DNA from: Bacilli bacterium
Lineage (GTDB): Bacteria; Bacillota_I; Bacilli_A; RFN20; CAG-826
Reading direction: 5' to 3'
NCBI GenBank assembly: GCA_045116995.1
Contig: JBGUMU010000034.1
Location: 15,854 to 79,853 of the forward strand
DNA length: 64,000 nt
Shown here piece by piece: positions 1 to 9,306 of the stretch. The translations under genes were made by a program, and so were the position numbers. The notes beneath the pieces are model-generated. The model saw only the letters and a program-made list of their open reading frames with translations, was not told the origin of the DNA and searched no databases. How positions within the stretch are numbered: position 1 is the stretch's first letter; each line of letters begins with the position of its first letter.

Positions 1-1
1 C

Positions 2-190
2 ACCTTATTAGCCAAAGATCACTATAGTGTCCATATTGAATATGAATATCTAGGTAAGTTTGGTGATTGTGTTGATCTTAATACCTTAGATGATACATTC
101 TATGTCTATCCAAAATGTGAGAAGTTCTCTGTTACTAAGATGTCATTAGCGTGTGAAGAACTTTACAAATACTTAAATAACGAAGACTAA
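2..190 (+). CDS. 3' end of an unidentified CDS (partial, enters from upstream of the window)
   Basis: Open frame from position 2 to TAA at 188-190 (..EYEYLGKFGDCVDLNTLDDTFYVYPKCEKFSVTKMSLACEELYKYLNNED*). No recognisable motif. Confidence 0.4.
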   Translation, partial: TLLAKDHYSVHIEYEYLGKFGDCVDLNTLDDTFYVYPKCEKFSVTKMSLACEELYKYLNNED

Positions 191-229
191 TCACTTTGAA
201 AATAATCAAAAAACATCTATATTAATGTT

Positions 230-598
230 ATGAAACGTTTAGAATCCCAAGAAGATTATTTAGAAAAAATATTACAAATCTCACAAGAAAAAGATAATGT
301 TCACGCGATTGATATTGCGCGTGGTTTATCATTTTCTAAGCCTTCTGTTTCTGTCGCTATGAATAAGCTTAAAGAACAAGGCTATATTGAGATTAACGAT
401 AAAGGTGAAATCACCTTAACTCCATCTGGTTTAGCAATTGCTGAAAAGACATTAGAAAAACATACCATCTTAACCGAAATGCTAGTGTATCTCGGTGTGG
501 ATGAAGAAACCGCGAAAGAAGATGCCTGTAAGATGGAGCATGATATCTCAGATAAGACTTGGGACGCTATTAAGAAACACTTCAAAGCTAAAAAATAA
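230..598 (+). CDS. DtxR/MntR-family metal-dependent transcriptional repressor (HTH plus dimerisation domain, no SH3-like tail)
   Basis: N-terminal ..QEDYLEKI.. and an HTH (IDIARGLSFSKPSVSVAMNKLKEQGYI). LGVDEE...EH.IS matches the MntR/DtxR metal-site helix pattern. Lies directly upstream of the feo operon. Confidence 0.85.
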   Translation: MKRLESQEDYLEKILQISQEKDNVHAIDIARGLSFSKPSVSVAMNKLKEQGYIEINDKGEITLTPSGLAIAEKTLEKHTILTEMLVYLGVDEETAKEDACKMEHDISDKTWDAIKKHFKAKK

Positions 599-649
599 GT
601 AATTTATTTACAATAAAGAGATAAGAGTTAGTTAATGCTAACTTTTTTC

Positions 650-677
650 TTTACAGTTGCATTTATGGGTATATAAT
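650..677 (+). promoter_or_regulatory. Candidate sigma-A promoter of the feo operon
   Basis: TTTACA (650-655), 16 nt spacer, TATAAT (672-677). An RBS (AGGAGG) and the feoA ATG follow about 40 nt downstream. Confidence 0.5.
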
Positions 678-715
678 ATTACCGGTTAGATAAGACTAAC
701 TAGGAGGATACTATT

Positions 716-928
716 ATGCCAATCGTTATTGCCCCAACTGATACAGAATTAACAATCATCAAAGTTCTTGCGGATGAAAAGACCAAAAGACACCTTGAAT
801 CTTTAGGCGTGGTAACAAATGGCAAGATTACTATTATTTCCTCTCGTGGTGGAAATACCATTTGTGTTGTCAAAGGTATTCGTTTAGCGTTCAACCGTGA
901 AACCGCGAGCAAAATTCTAGTTGCGTAG
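716..928 (+). CDS. feoA: FeoA-domain protein (copy 1)
   Basis: 70-aa SH3-like FeoA pattern (LADEKTKRHLESLGVVTNGKITIIS...GIRLAFNRETASKILV), directly upstream of feoB. Confidence 0.85.
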   Translation: MPIVIAPTDTELTIIKVLADEKTKRHLESLGVVTNGKITIISSRGGNTICVVKGIRLAFNRETASKILVA

Positions 929-942
929 AAAGGGAGGAATTT

Positions 943-1182
943 ATGCTTAAAAAACTAGACCAAATTGAAAAAGGCGAGACTGGCCTTGTTAGAAGTGTTG
1001 AAGGTGATGGCAAAGTTCGTCGTCGCTTATTCGACATGGGTGTTACTCCAGGTGCAAAAGTAACATTAAGAAAGAAAGCACCATTTGGTGATCCTATTGA
1101 AGTCACCATTCGTGGATATGAACTTTCACTTAGAAAAGCGGAAGCCGTATTAGTCAATATCGAAGTGGAGGACGCTAAGTAA
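943..1182 (+). CDS. feoA: FeoA-domain protein (copy 2)
   Basis: LDQIEKGETGLVRSVEGDGKVRRRLFDMGVTPGAKVTL...IRGYELSLRKAEAVLV is a classic FeoA pattern. Its stop lies 1 nt before the feoB ATG. Confidence 0.88.
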   Translation: MLKKLDQIEKGETGLVRSVEGDGKVRRRLFDMGVTPGAKVTLRKKAPFGDPIEVTIRGYELSLRKAEAVLVNIEVEDAK

Positions 1183-1183
1183 T

Positions 1184-3484
1184 ATGAAAAGATTTGCGTT
1201 AGCGGGTAATCCTAACTCCGGTAAAACCACATTATTTAACTCTTTAACTGGTGCGACAGCGCACGTTGGTAACTGGCCAGGTGTTACTGTTGATAAAAGA
1301 GAAGGTACATATCGTAAACTCGACGAACCAATTTATATCGTTGATTTACCAGGTATTTATTCCTTATCTCCATATACCCCAGAAGAAGTCGTTTCAAGAA
1401 ACTATGTCTTAGACGAAAAGCCTGACTGTGTTATTAACATCGTTGATGCGACTAACTTAGAAAGAAACTTATATTTAACAACACAAATATTGGAAATCGA
1501 TGTTCCAGTGGTCGTGGCCTTAAATATGAGTGACGTTGTGAGAAAAAACGGCGACACAATTGATGCAAAAGCATTACAAGAAAAACTTGGTGTCCCAGTT
1601 ATTGAAATCTCCGCGTTAAAACAAGAAAACTTAGATGAATTAATGCAAGAAGCTGTTAAGGCTAGTAATAAAGCCCGTAAAGGCTCTACCATTATTGAAG
1701 ATAAGTCTTTATTACATTTAATTAGCGATGTGCAAATCGCTTTTGAATTAAAGGGTATTGAAAACCCATTATTCCACGCTGTTAAGTTAGTGGAAATGGA
1801 TGAACTTGAAGTCAAGATGCATCCAGAAGCAGTGGAAACAGTTAACAAATTCAAAGCCACATTTAAAAACGATACATTCGGTTGTGACTTCGAAGCTTTA
1901 ATCGCTGATAACCGCTATGAATATATTGCTAAAAACTATGCCACAGCTTTTAAGAAAGCTAATAACAATGATGGTGGTGAAAAGTTAAGCAAATCAGACA
2001 AGATCGATAAGGTCATGACTCATAGAATCTGGGCTATCCCATTATTCGTGGCCATTATGTTCTTTATCTTCCACTTCACCTTCTCTGAAGATATCTTCTT
2101 CTTAAATAGACTCTTCGGTCTTCAAATCAATCATGAAGGTTGGATCAACTTCTTCACCGGTATGGGTGCTGAATTTGATGAAGTAACAGGTGAACTATTA
2201 CCACTTGAAGGCATCCCATCCATTGGTGTGTTCTTACAATCATGGTTTGGTTGGGCTACTGGCTCATTAATTGACGTCGTCCGTGGCTGGTTTGATGCTG
2301 CTGGCGCTGCCAATAGTTGGTATTGTTCATTAATTTGTGATGGTGTTTTAACAGGTTTAGATGCTGTCTTATCATTCATCCCACAAATTATGATTCTCTT
2401 CTTATTCATTGCTATCCTTGAAGATAGCGGTTATATGGCACGTGTGGCCTTTATCTTAGATAGAGCGTTTAGAAAATTCGGTTTATCTGGTAAAGCCTTC
2501 ATCCCAATGTTAACAGGCTTTGGTTGTAGTGTTCCTGCTATCATGGCTACAAGAACATTAGAAGATGAAAGAGAAAAGAATAGAACAATTAGATTGATGA
2601 CATGCTTCTCTTGTGGCGCTAAAGCACCTATTTGGGCTTTATTAGCTGGTGTCGGCGCTATGGCAGGTTTTGCTGGTGATATCTTCGTCTTTACTATCTA
2701 TTTAGGTGGTATTGCCTGTGCAATTATATTCGCCTTATTCATGAAGTTATTCTCTAGAGATCAATATGTCTCTCCATTCATTATGGAGTTACCACAATAT
2801 CACTTACCACAAGCGAGAAACGTTGGTGCCCATCTTTGGGAAAAATTAAAACACTATGTCATTAAAGCTGGTACCATTATCGCTGCTTGTACAGTCGTTA
2901 TTTGGTTCCTTAAATCATTTGGCTGGGAAGATGGCAAGTTCGGCTTATTACTCTTTGAAGAGATGAATGACGCTGGTGAAATGGAATTAGTCCTTCATAT
3001 CGATAATTCCATCCTTGCTTACTTAGGCAAAGGATTACGCTACTTCTTCTATCCATTAGGATGTTTAGAAACTGGTTGGACCAATAACACTGATGGTTGG
3101 AAATATGTTGTTTCCACAATCACTGGTTTAATCGCTAAAGAAGATGTTGTTGCCACAATGGCAGAACTTGGCTTAGAAGAAGGTACAATCACCTTATCCT
3201 TAGCGGGTGTCTATAGCTTCGCTGTTTATAACTTATTCACCATTCCATGTTTTGCCGCTATTGGCGCGACACATGGTGAACAAAAAGGTAAAGAATTCTG
3301 GCTCACCTTATTATGGTGGTTCGCTATGTCTTATGGCTTTGCCTTAGTAGTGTACTGGCTTGGTACATTATATGAAGTTGCCTGGTGGGGCGGCTTATTA
3401 GTGACTCTCGGTCTTGCTGGTGCGGTTGTCGCTGCTGGTATCGTCGTTAGTAGACGTCACAAATTAGCATTAGCTAATAACTAA
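1184..3484 (+). CDS. feoB: Ferrous iron transporter FeoB (N-terminal G-domain plus polytopic permease)
   Basis: G1 GNPNSGKTTLFN, G3 DLPG, G4-like LNMSD, followed by a long hydrophobic permease region. 766 aa. Confidence 0.97.
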   Translation: MKRFALAGNPNSGKTTLFNSLTGATAHVGNWPGVTVDKREGTYRKLDEPIYIVDLPGIYSLSPYTPEEVVSRNYVLDEKPDCVINIVDATNLERNLYLTTQILEIDVPVVVALNMSDVVRKNGDTIDAKALQEKLGVPVIEISALKQENLDELMQEAVKASNKARKGSTIIEDKSLLHLISDVQIAFELKGIENPLFHAVKLVEMDELEVKMHPEAVETVNKFKATFKNDTFGCDFEALIADNRYEYIAKNYATAFKKANNNDGGEKLSKSDKIDKVMTHRIWAIPLFVAIMFFIFHFTFSEDIFFLNRLFGLQINHEGWINFFTGMGAEFDEVTGELLPLEGIPSIGVFLQSWFGWATGSLIDVVRGWFDAAGAANSWYCSLICDGVLTGLDAVLSFIPQIMILFLFIAILEDSGYMARVAFILDRAFRKFGLSGKAFIPMLTGFGCSVPAIMATRTLEDEREKNRTIRLMTCFSCGAKAPIWALLAGVGAMAGFAGDIFVFTIYLGGIACAIIFALFMKLFSRDQYVSPFIMELPQYHLPQARNVGAHLWEKLKHYVIKAGTIIAACTVVIWFLKSFGWEDGKFGLLLFEEMNDAGEMELVLHIDNSILAYLGKGLRYFFYPLGCLETGWTNNTDGWKYVVSTITGLIAKEDVVATMAELGLEEGTITLSLAGVYSFAVYNLFTIPCFAAIGATHGEQKGKEFWLTLLWWFAMSYGFALVVYWLGTLYEVAWWGGLLVTLGLAGAVVAAGIVVSRRHKLALANN

Positions 3485-3501
3485 TTAAAGGAGGTATATC
3501 A

Positions 3502-3693
3502 ATGTTTGAGAATCCAAATACAATCTGGATTGAAGTCTTAGTCCTTGTCGCGGCTATCTCTTTCGTTACACTCATTCTCGCTAGATATATCTATAAAAAA
3601 GTCCATAACATTCCAACAGGAGATTGTGCTTGTCACCATATCAACGTTAAAAAGATTCTTAAAGAATATCATAAGAATAAGGAAAGCTTATGA
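3502..3693 (+). CDS. Small FeoB-associated Cys-rich membrane protein
   Basis: 63 aa with a single TM (IWIEVLVLVAAISFVTLILA) followed by TGDCACHH. Sits directly after feoB. Its TGA stop overlaps the next ATG (ATGA at 3690-3693). Confidence 0.6.
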   Translation: MFENPNTIWIEVLVLVAAISFVTLILARYIYKKVHNIPTGDCACHHINVKKILKEYHKNKESL

Positions 3694-3938
3694 ATAAATA
3701 CGTTTTAGGAATCGATGGTATGTTATGTGGCATGTGTGAACTTCATGTTGAAGAAGCCATCGCTAAAGGCATAAAAATTAAGAAAGCAAAAGCTTCAAGA
3801 TTTAAAAAGCAAGTAGTGGTCTTCACTGAATTAAACCTCGACCAAGAAGACTTTACGAAAGCGTTAGATCAAACAGGTTATCGCATTACCTCATTTCAAA
3901 GAATGCCGGCGATTAAAAAACTGTTTGGTTGGCGATAA
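3690..3938 (+). CDS. Heavy-metal-associated (HMA) domain protein, CopZ-like
   Basis: GIDGMLCGMCELHVEEAI carries the M-x-C-x-x-C metal-binding loop of the HMA fold. 82 aa, translationally coupled to the feo genes. Confidence 0.75.
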   Translation: MNKYVLGIDGMLCGMCELHVEEAIAKGIKIKKAKASRFKKQVVVFTELNLDQEDFTKALDQTGYRITSFQRMPAIKKLFGWR

Positions 3939-3943
3939 AAACA

Positions 3944-3975
3944 AAAAACCTGGCGTTTCTCCCCAGGTTTTTCTT
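3944..3975 (+). terminator. Rho-independent terminator of the feo operon
   Basis: AAAAACCTGG (3944-3953) and CCAGGTTTTT (3963-3972) are perfect complements with a 9-nt loop, followed by a T-run. Confidence 0.7.
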
Positions 3976-3977
3976 AT

Positions 3978-4000
3978 GAAAAAAGCACCTAGATAGGTGC
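3978..4000 (-). terminator. Terminator after tRNA-Gln (minus strand)
   Basis: GCACCTA (3985-3991) pairs with TAGGTGC (3994-4000). On the minus strand the hairpin is followed by TTTTTTT (complement of the A-run at 3978-3984). Confidence 0.6.
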
Positions 4001-4013
4001 AATAGTTAATAAT

Positions 4014-4088
4014 TGGCTGGGGTGACTGGGATCGAACCAGTGAATGGTGAATTCAGAGTCCACTGCCTTACCGCTTGGCGACACCCCA
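4014..4088 (-). tRNA. tRNA-Gln (anticodon CUG), CCA encoded
   Basis: Reverse complement is TGGGGTGTCGCCAAGCGGTAAGGCAGTGGACTCTGAATTCACCATTCACTGGTTCGATCCCAGTCACCCCAGCCA. It has a U1-A72 acceptor pair, a GCCAAGCGGTAAGGC D-arm like E. coli tRNA-Gln, anticodon loop CTCTGAA, and T-loop TTCGATC. Confidence 0.93.
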
Positions 4089-4099
4089 AATTCAAAAGA

Positions 4100-4345
4100 T
4101 TAATACTGATCTTCCTGGTATAATCTAACTTCAGTAACGCCTGGAACTTCTTCTTGTAAAATGACTTCCACTAAATCTTTGATGTCGTTATTCGCATAAG
4201 CGCAGTCTTGGCAAGCGCCATGTAATCTAACGTATACGACACCATCCACAAAGGAGACGAATTCAACATCGCCGCCATCTCTTTGTAAGAAATGTCTAAT
4301 TTTATCTAAGGTTGCAATAATAAGTTTTTCGCGGTCGTCTTTCAT
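4100..4345 (-). CDS. NifU-like (Nfu C-terminal domain) Fe-S cluster carrier protein
   Basis: IRHFLQRDGGDVEFVSFVDGVVYVRLHGACQDCAYA matches the Nfu/NifU C-terminal pattern DGGD...L.GAC..C. 81 aa. Confidence 0.85.
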   Translation of the reverse strand: MKDDREKLIIATLDKIRHFLQRDGGDVEFVSFVDGVVYVRLHGACQDCAYANNDIKDLVEVILQEEVPGVTEVRLYQEDQY

Positions 4346-4436
4346 AACGATAAAGATATTAGCACATTCAAAATAAAATGTTCACTGAAATGATAAAAAA
4401 TATTTTTATCCCCTCTATTATTGCTATAATAGTGGC

Positions 4437-4850
4437 ATGAAGATTAGTCTTGATGAATACGACAAAGTCAGAGCGATAATCCCTGGTTTGTTTCAGTTTA
4501 ATGAAAATGAAATGTTCACTCAAGCCGCTTTAGCGGTCACTGATGACGAACTATTCTTTTATGATGATAATGCCCCAACACATATCATGGGCGATGTTTA
4601 TCATTACGCTCTTAAAAAGCGAGTGAAACTCGATGATATCATGATGGTGCTTGATGAAAAGATTACCCATAATAAACAACTAAATACCATGGGTAGATTA
4701 AACTTCGTTATGGAAGAGGAAGATGAATCTTTAATCTTTTATTATTATCTAGCCGATAAAGGTGATGTCACTTCATTCCTTAAAGAGCTCTCTTCTGTCG
4801 GTATCAAAGCTAAGAAAAGAGCAGTGGACTTATCACCAGATAAACTTTAA
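4437..4850 (+). CDS. Hypothetical protein
   Basis: 137-aa ORF in a clean intergenic context. No motif recognised. Confidence 0.55.
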   Translation: MKISLDEYDKVRAIIPGLFQFNENEMFTQAALAVTDDELFFYDDNAPTHIMGDVYHYALKKRVKLDDIMMVLDEKITHNKQLNTMGRLNFVMEEEDESLIFYYYLADKGDVTSFLKELSSVGIKAKKRAVDLSPDKL

Positions 4851-4937
4851 GTTCGTAACAAAGTCATTTTTGAATACAAATAAAAGTCTTTTATTTTGAA
4901 TTTAAAATAATTATTCTTGTTGGACGTGGAGAAATTT

Positions 4938-6260
4938 ATGTCAAAAGAGAAATTAACAATTGCTGAACAATTAGCGAAACGTGAATATAAAGAGCCATCC
5001 AACTTTGTGTGGTTTTTATATGGCTGCTTAGCGAGATTCCCATTCTTTGGTCCTAAGTATCACGTTAAATATAAAATCATTGATGATATTAACAAATATA
5101 AAGGTCCCGCTTTTATCATTTGGAATCATCAATCTAGAAGAGACTATTTATTCTTAAAGAATCTTATTGCCCCTCATAAATTTAATATGCTCGCTGGTTA
5201 TCAAGAATTCTTTAGAAAGAAATTCACTTGGCTATTTAAACAAGCCCAAGTCATTCCAAAGAAGAACTTCACTAATGACCCAAAGAGCATTAGAGCCATG
5301 GACCGCATCATTAAAGCGGGTGGCACAATTGCCTTTGCCCCAGAAGGTACATCTTCTATTTTTGGCCATAACCAACCAATCGTTCCAGGCACTGGTAGAT
5401 TCTTAAAATACTATCACGTCCCCGTTTATTTTATGAAATTAGAGGGTGCTTACCTCACTTCTCATAAGGTTTGCATTGATGACCGTATTGGTAGAGTGAA
5501 CGCTACATTATCATTATTATTTAAACCAGAAGACTTATTAAAAATGTCTCCTGAAGAAATCGATAATAAGATTAACGAAGCCTTCCATCACGATGACTAT
5601 AAATGGAATAAAACACAACATATCAGATATAAGAGTAAAGGTCGTATTATGACCAATATGCAAGATATGTTATATAAATGTCCAAGATGCGGTCACGAAT
5701 TAGAAATGGATGCTGCTGGTAAATACATTAGATGCACTAACTGTGGTAATGGTGGTTGCATGGATGATTATTATGACTTCTATCCATTTGATGATACTTG
5801 CAAAGTATTTGACACCCCAACTGATTGGTTAGACTGGGAAAGAGTGCAAGTAATTCATGAAATTAGAGACAATAAAGACTTCTACCTAGAAGAAGAAGTC
5901 GATATTGGTGAATTACCAAAATATAAACCAGTTAAAGACAATAAGAAAACATCCATCCCATGTGGTCATGGTAAGATCAGATTCGACCATGATGGTATCC
6001 ATTTTGATGGTATTAAAAACGGTGAACCTTGGCACTTTGATTTATCCTATAGTGTCATCTATTCTCCAATCATTGAAAACGATTTGACCCAATTCGCCCT
6101 TGCGGTTAATGAACAAATCTATGATTTTGTTCCAAAAAGACATGTTGTAGGCAAGATAATTCTTGTCACTGAGGAAATGCATAGATTACACTTTAACACA
6201 TGGAAAAACTTCCCTTGGAACGATTATATGTATAAGGGAACAGAATTGGAGAAAAAGTAG
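4938..6260 (+). CDS. PlsC-family lysophospholipid acyltransferase with a long C-terminal extension containing a zinc ribbon
   Basis: H-x4-D box (WNHQSRRD) and an APEGTSS box (FPEGTR-like). CPRCGHELEMDAAGKYIRCTNCG is a CxxC...CxxC ribbon. I prefer ATG 4938 (GGAG 7 nt upstream) over the TTG at 4917. Confidence 0.8.
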   Translation: MSKEKLTIAEQLAKREYKEPSNFVWFLYGCLARFPFFGPKYHVKYKIIDDINKYKGPAFIIWNHQSRRDYLFLKNLIAPHKFNMLAGYQEFFRKKFTWLFKQAQVIPKKNFTNDPKSIRAMDRIIKAGGTIAFAPEGTSSIFGHNQPIVPGTGRFLKYYHVPVYFMKLEGAYLTSHKVCIDDRIGRVNATLSLLFKPEDLLKMSPEEIDNKINEAFHHDDYKWNKTQHIRYKSKGRIMTNMQDMLYKCPRCGHELEMDAAGKYIRCTNCGNGGCMDDYYDFYPFDDTCKVFDTPTDWLDWERVQVIHEIRDNKDFYLEEEVDIGELPKYKPVKDNKKTSIPCGHGKIRFDHDGIHFDGIKNGEPWHFDLSYSVIYSPIIENDLTQFALAVNEQIYDFVPKRHVVGKIILVTEEMHRLHFNTWKNFPWNDYMYKGTELEKK

Positions 6261-6262
6261 AT

Positions 6263-7237
6263 ATGCTCAAACCATATTGGAAATCAAAATCACACGTTGC
6301 TATTTTTATTATTACAATTTTAGCCCACCTCTTTATCGTGGTGTCTTTTGCTCTTGATATGTATGCTTATATGAAAGATCCAGCCTCCGCGGATCCTGAG
6401 GCCCCTGCAAGAATCACAACCCTCATCGTGGTCATCGCGGTTCTTGTTAGCTTTATCGTAGATATCATTTTCTTCTCTGATTTATTCCGTTATATCAGGC
6501 TTAAAAGAAGAACTTCTCAAAACATTAAAAGCAATGTTGAAATCTACGCAGAAGGTGCAGGCAAAGAAGACGCTGATAAAGAAGCAAAGAAAATGCTTAG
6601 AATGAGCGAAGTCATCGCTGATGTGACTACAGAAAATCAAAACACCACAGGTGCTGAATTTGATTGCCCACAAGAATCTATTAAACGTCCTTCCTTAAAG
6701 GCCACTCTTGTGACAATGTTTTATGCCGTCGGTTTACCACTTTTAGCAATATTTGCAATGTTCTTCGTGGGTATTTTCTTATTCTTCTTTATGATTGATA
6801 GTGCACATCCTTTAGATGGCTTACGTAACGCTGCTACATATACAGTATTGGTAATAGTTGTCTTTGTTGTGATCATCGCTATATTCATGATCATCCATAG
6901 AATCAGATTAAAGAAAAGAATGCCAAAAGCGGCAGGTATAAGAATCTATCCTGAATATTTAGAACAATATGCTGTTTCTTATAAAGAAGCGATGATGGAA
7001 ACCCGCTATAAAGTCAATTATGACAATATGAAGCGTATGCAAACCAAGAACTTCTATATCATCAAAGGCAAAGTAAATAACCAAACCGCTGTTATCACCA
7101 TTCTTAAGAAAGAACTTCCAGCGGAAGCTCTTGAATTAATCGAAAGTAGATTTTTAAAAGCTAAAGAAGCCAAAGAAGCTCAAAAGAAAGCTCTAAAGGC
7201 TCAAAAGAAATCTAAAGAAGAAAAGAAAGATAAATAA
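6263..7237 (+). CDS. Polytopic membrane protein with Lys-rich C-terminal tail, unknown function
   Basis: Several hydrophobic segments and a C-terminal KAKEAKEAQKKALKAQKKSKEEKKDK tail. No catalytic motif recognised. Confidence 0.6.
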   Translation: MLKPYWKSKSHVAIFIITILAHLFIVVSFALDMYAYMKDPASADPEAPARITTLIVVIAVLVSFIVDIIFFSDLFRYIRLKRRTSQNIKSNVEIYAEGAGKEDADKEAKKMLRMSEVIADVTTENQNTTGAEFDCPQESIKRPSLKATLVTMFYAVGLPLLAIFAMFFVGIFLFFFMIDSAHPLDGLRNAATYTVLVIVVFVVIIAIFMIIHRIRLKKRMPKAAGIRIYPEYLEQYAVSYKEAMMETRYKVNYDNMKRMQTKNFYIIKGKVNNQTAVITILKKELPAEALELIESRFLKAKEAKEAQKKALKAQKKSKEEKKDK

Positions 7238-8446
7238 TTAAATATCTTGGATTTGTTTCCAGTTACTAACAAGGTTAGAGACTAGTTCTCTAGCCTTTTT
7301 ATCATCTATTTGTTTGCTTAAGTAATTATGAATAATAATAGCGACTTCTTCTGCTTGTGCTTTACTGCATCCTCTAGTGGTGACCGCGGCAAAGCCAATA
7401 CGTAAACCACTGGTTTTACCAGGAGTTAATGTATCATTAGGAATCATATTCTTATTGGTGGTGATACCAATGGATTCTAATGCTAATTGGGCTTCTTTAC
7501 CATTGATACCATAGGTATCTAAAACATTAACTAAGAATAAGTGATTATCAGTACCTGATACTTTAGCCCCTAATTCCGCTAATTTATCAGCGCACGCCTT
7601 AGTGTTAACTAATACTTGATTAATATAGTCTTTGAATTCAGGAGTTAAGGCTTCTTTAAAGCAAGTGGCTTTAGCCCCAATAATATGTTCTAATGGTCCA
7701 CCTTGATAATAAGGGAAGATAGCAGAGTTAATCTTTTTAATCATTTCCTCATTATTAGTAAGAATAAGACCACCTCTAGGACCTCTTAATGTTTTATGAG
7801 TAGTGGATGTCACAACGTCCGCATAAGGAACTGGTGAAGGATGTAAGCCCGTAGCCACGAGTCCGGCAATATGGGCCATATCCACCATAAAGAGAGCGCC
7901 TACTTTATCAGCGATTTCTCTAAATCTCTTAAAGTCGATGGTATATGGGTATGAAGAATAGCCTGCCATAATGAGGTCTGGCTTTTCTTCTAAGGCAATT
8001 CTTTCAATTTCATCATAATCAAGATGACCATCTTTTAAAGGATAGTGGACAAAACTATATAGGTGAGAAGAGAAAGACACTGGAGAACCATGAGTTAAAT
8101 GGCCTCCATCATTAAGCACTAAAGAAAGAATCTTACCACCTTCTGGTAATAAGGCTCTATAAGCAGCAGCGTTAGCCTGTGAACCACTATGTGGTTGTAC
8201 ATTAGCGAACTTGCTACCAAATAATTCACATGCTCTATCAATCGCTAAGTTTTCAACTTCGTCAACGACTTCACAGCCCCCATAATATCTATGACCTGGG
8301 AAGCCTTCTGCGTATTTATTAGTAAGAATAGAGCCACAGGCACTTCTTACATCTTTACTTGCGTAGTTTTCACTAGCGATAAGTTCAATACCGTTATTTT
8401 GTCTTTCTTGTTCTAAAAGAATAAGTCTGTTTAATTCTTGATCCAT
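7238..8446 (-). CDS. glyA: Serine hydroxymethyltransferase
   Basis: PLP-lysine box [14 protein letters not shown], plus LIASENY, GYPGxRYYGG-like [11 protein letters not shown] and [10 protein letters not shown]. Start set at ATG 8446 (AAAGGTG RBS) rather than TTG 8473. Confidence 0.97.
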   Translation of the reverse strand: MDQELNRLILLEQERQNNGIELIASENYASKDVRSACGSILTNKYAEGFPGHRYYGGCEVVDEVENLAIDRACELFGSKFANVQPHSGSQANAAAYRALLPEGGKILSLVLNDGGHLTHGSPVSFSSHLYSFVHYPLKDGHLDYDEIERIALEEKPDLIMAGYSSYPYTIDFKRFREIADKVGALFMVDMAHIAGLVATGLHPSPVPYADVVTSTTHKTLRGPRGGLILTNNEEMIKKINSAIFPYYQGGPLEHIIGAKATCFKEALTPEFKDYINQVLVNTKACADKLAELGAKVSGTDNHLFLVNVLDTYGINGKEAQLALESIGITTNKNMIPNDTLTPGKTSGLRIGFAAVTTRGCSKAQAEEVAIIIHNYLSKQIDDKKARELVSNLVSNWKQIQDI

Positions 8447-8651
8447 AAAATTCACCTTTGCTTCATGATACAAGAAAAAGAAGATGAAATCTATTCTTCT
8501 ACATTAAGGAATTAAAAATATATAAAAATAAAAACTTTTTTAGCAGATATCTATTTTACAAACGTCTAATAGGTGAGAAGTGGAAAACACATTTCTCTAG
8601 TATCTATCTTCATAGATGCTTATAATCAAATAAGGAAAGTAGGTTCGTATT

Positions 8652-9254
8652 ATGAGTAAAAACGAAAACAAACAATTCCCTGTAATTGCCATTATTATTT
8701 CTGCCTTGGCGATTGTCTTATCTGTTATTGCTATTGCCTTTGCTGCTGGTGATAACTATTATGGCGGTGACGCGACATTAGGTATCTTAGAATTAGTGGC
8801 ATCAGTCCTATTCTTAGCAGGCTTAACAACTGGTAAGAAAGTCTTAGCAAGAGTTATCTCTATCATCTCACTTGTGAGTATGATTATTACTTCTTTCGTC
8901 TTAGCAGTCGTTAAAGTCTACTCTCAAGACGTCGCATTATTAGCAATTGCCTTATTAATGCTTGTCGCCTCAGTCTTAGGATTAATTTATTACCTCACAT
9001 CTTTCAGAAACCCACGTATTGGCAAAATGTTCATTGCCACTGGCTTTGTTCTTGGTTTATTGGTTGTGATGTATGCTATCTTCTATATCTCAAGTGATAT
9101 GGCAATGGTCGCAAGAACATCTATTGATGATAACCCAATGACACAAAATTACTTCTTACTCTTTGGTTTAGCAGTCATTAGTGTTATCCCAGCGGTTATC
9201 AAAGTGACCACTAAAGATGATGAAGAAGTCGAAGCTAATAAAGAAGAAGAATAA
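8652..9254 (+). CDS. Polytopic membrane protein, unknown function
   Basis: 200 aa, about 6 hydrophobic helices, acidic C-terminus. Confidence 0.65.
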   Translation: MSKNENKQFPVIAIIISALAIVLSVIAIAFAAGDNYYGGDATLGILELVASVLFLAGLTTGKKVLARVISIISLVSMIITSFVLAVVKVYSQDVALLAIALLMLVASVLGLIYYLTSFRNPRIGKMFIATGFVLGLLVVMYAIFYISSDMAMVARTSIDDNPMTQNYFLLFGLAVISVIPAVIKVTTKDDEEVEANKEEE

Positions 9255-9271
9255 TTACATAATCTAAATAT

Positions 9272-9306
9272 AAAAAGACGACTGTTTAATGCAGTCGTTT
9301 TTTATT
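9272..9306. terminator. Bidirectional terminator between convergent genes
   Basis: ACGACTG (9278-9284) pairs with CAGTCGT (9292-9298). Flanked by an A-run upstream and a T-run downstream. Confidence 0.7.

Noticed and set aside
8447-8651. T-box or riboswitch leader upstream of glyA, and similarly upstream of cysE at 37503-37564
   Set aside because: The leaders available on the coding strand are too short (tens of nt up to about 100 nt), and I saw no specifier or T-box or other conserved aptamer words.
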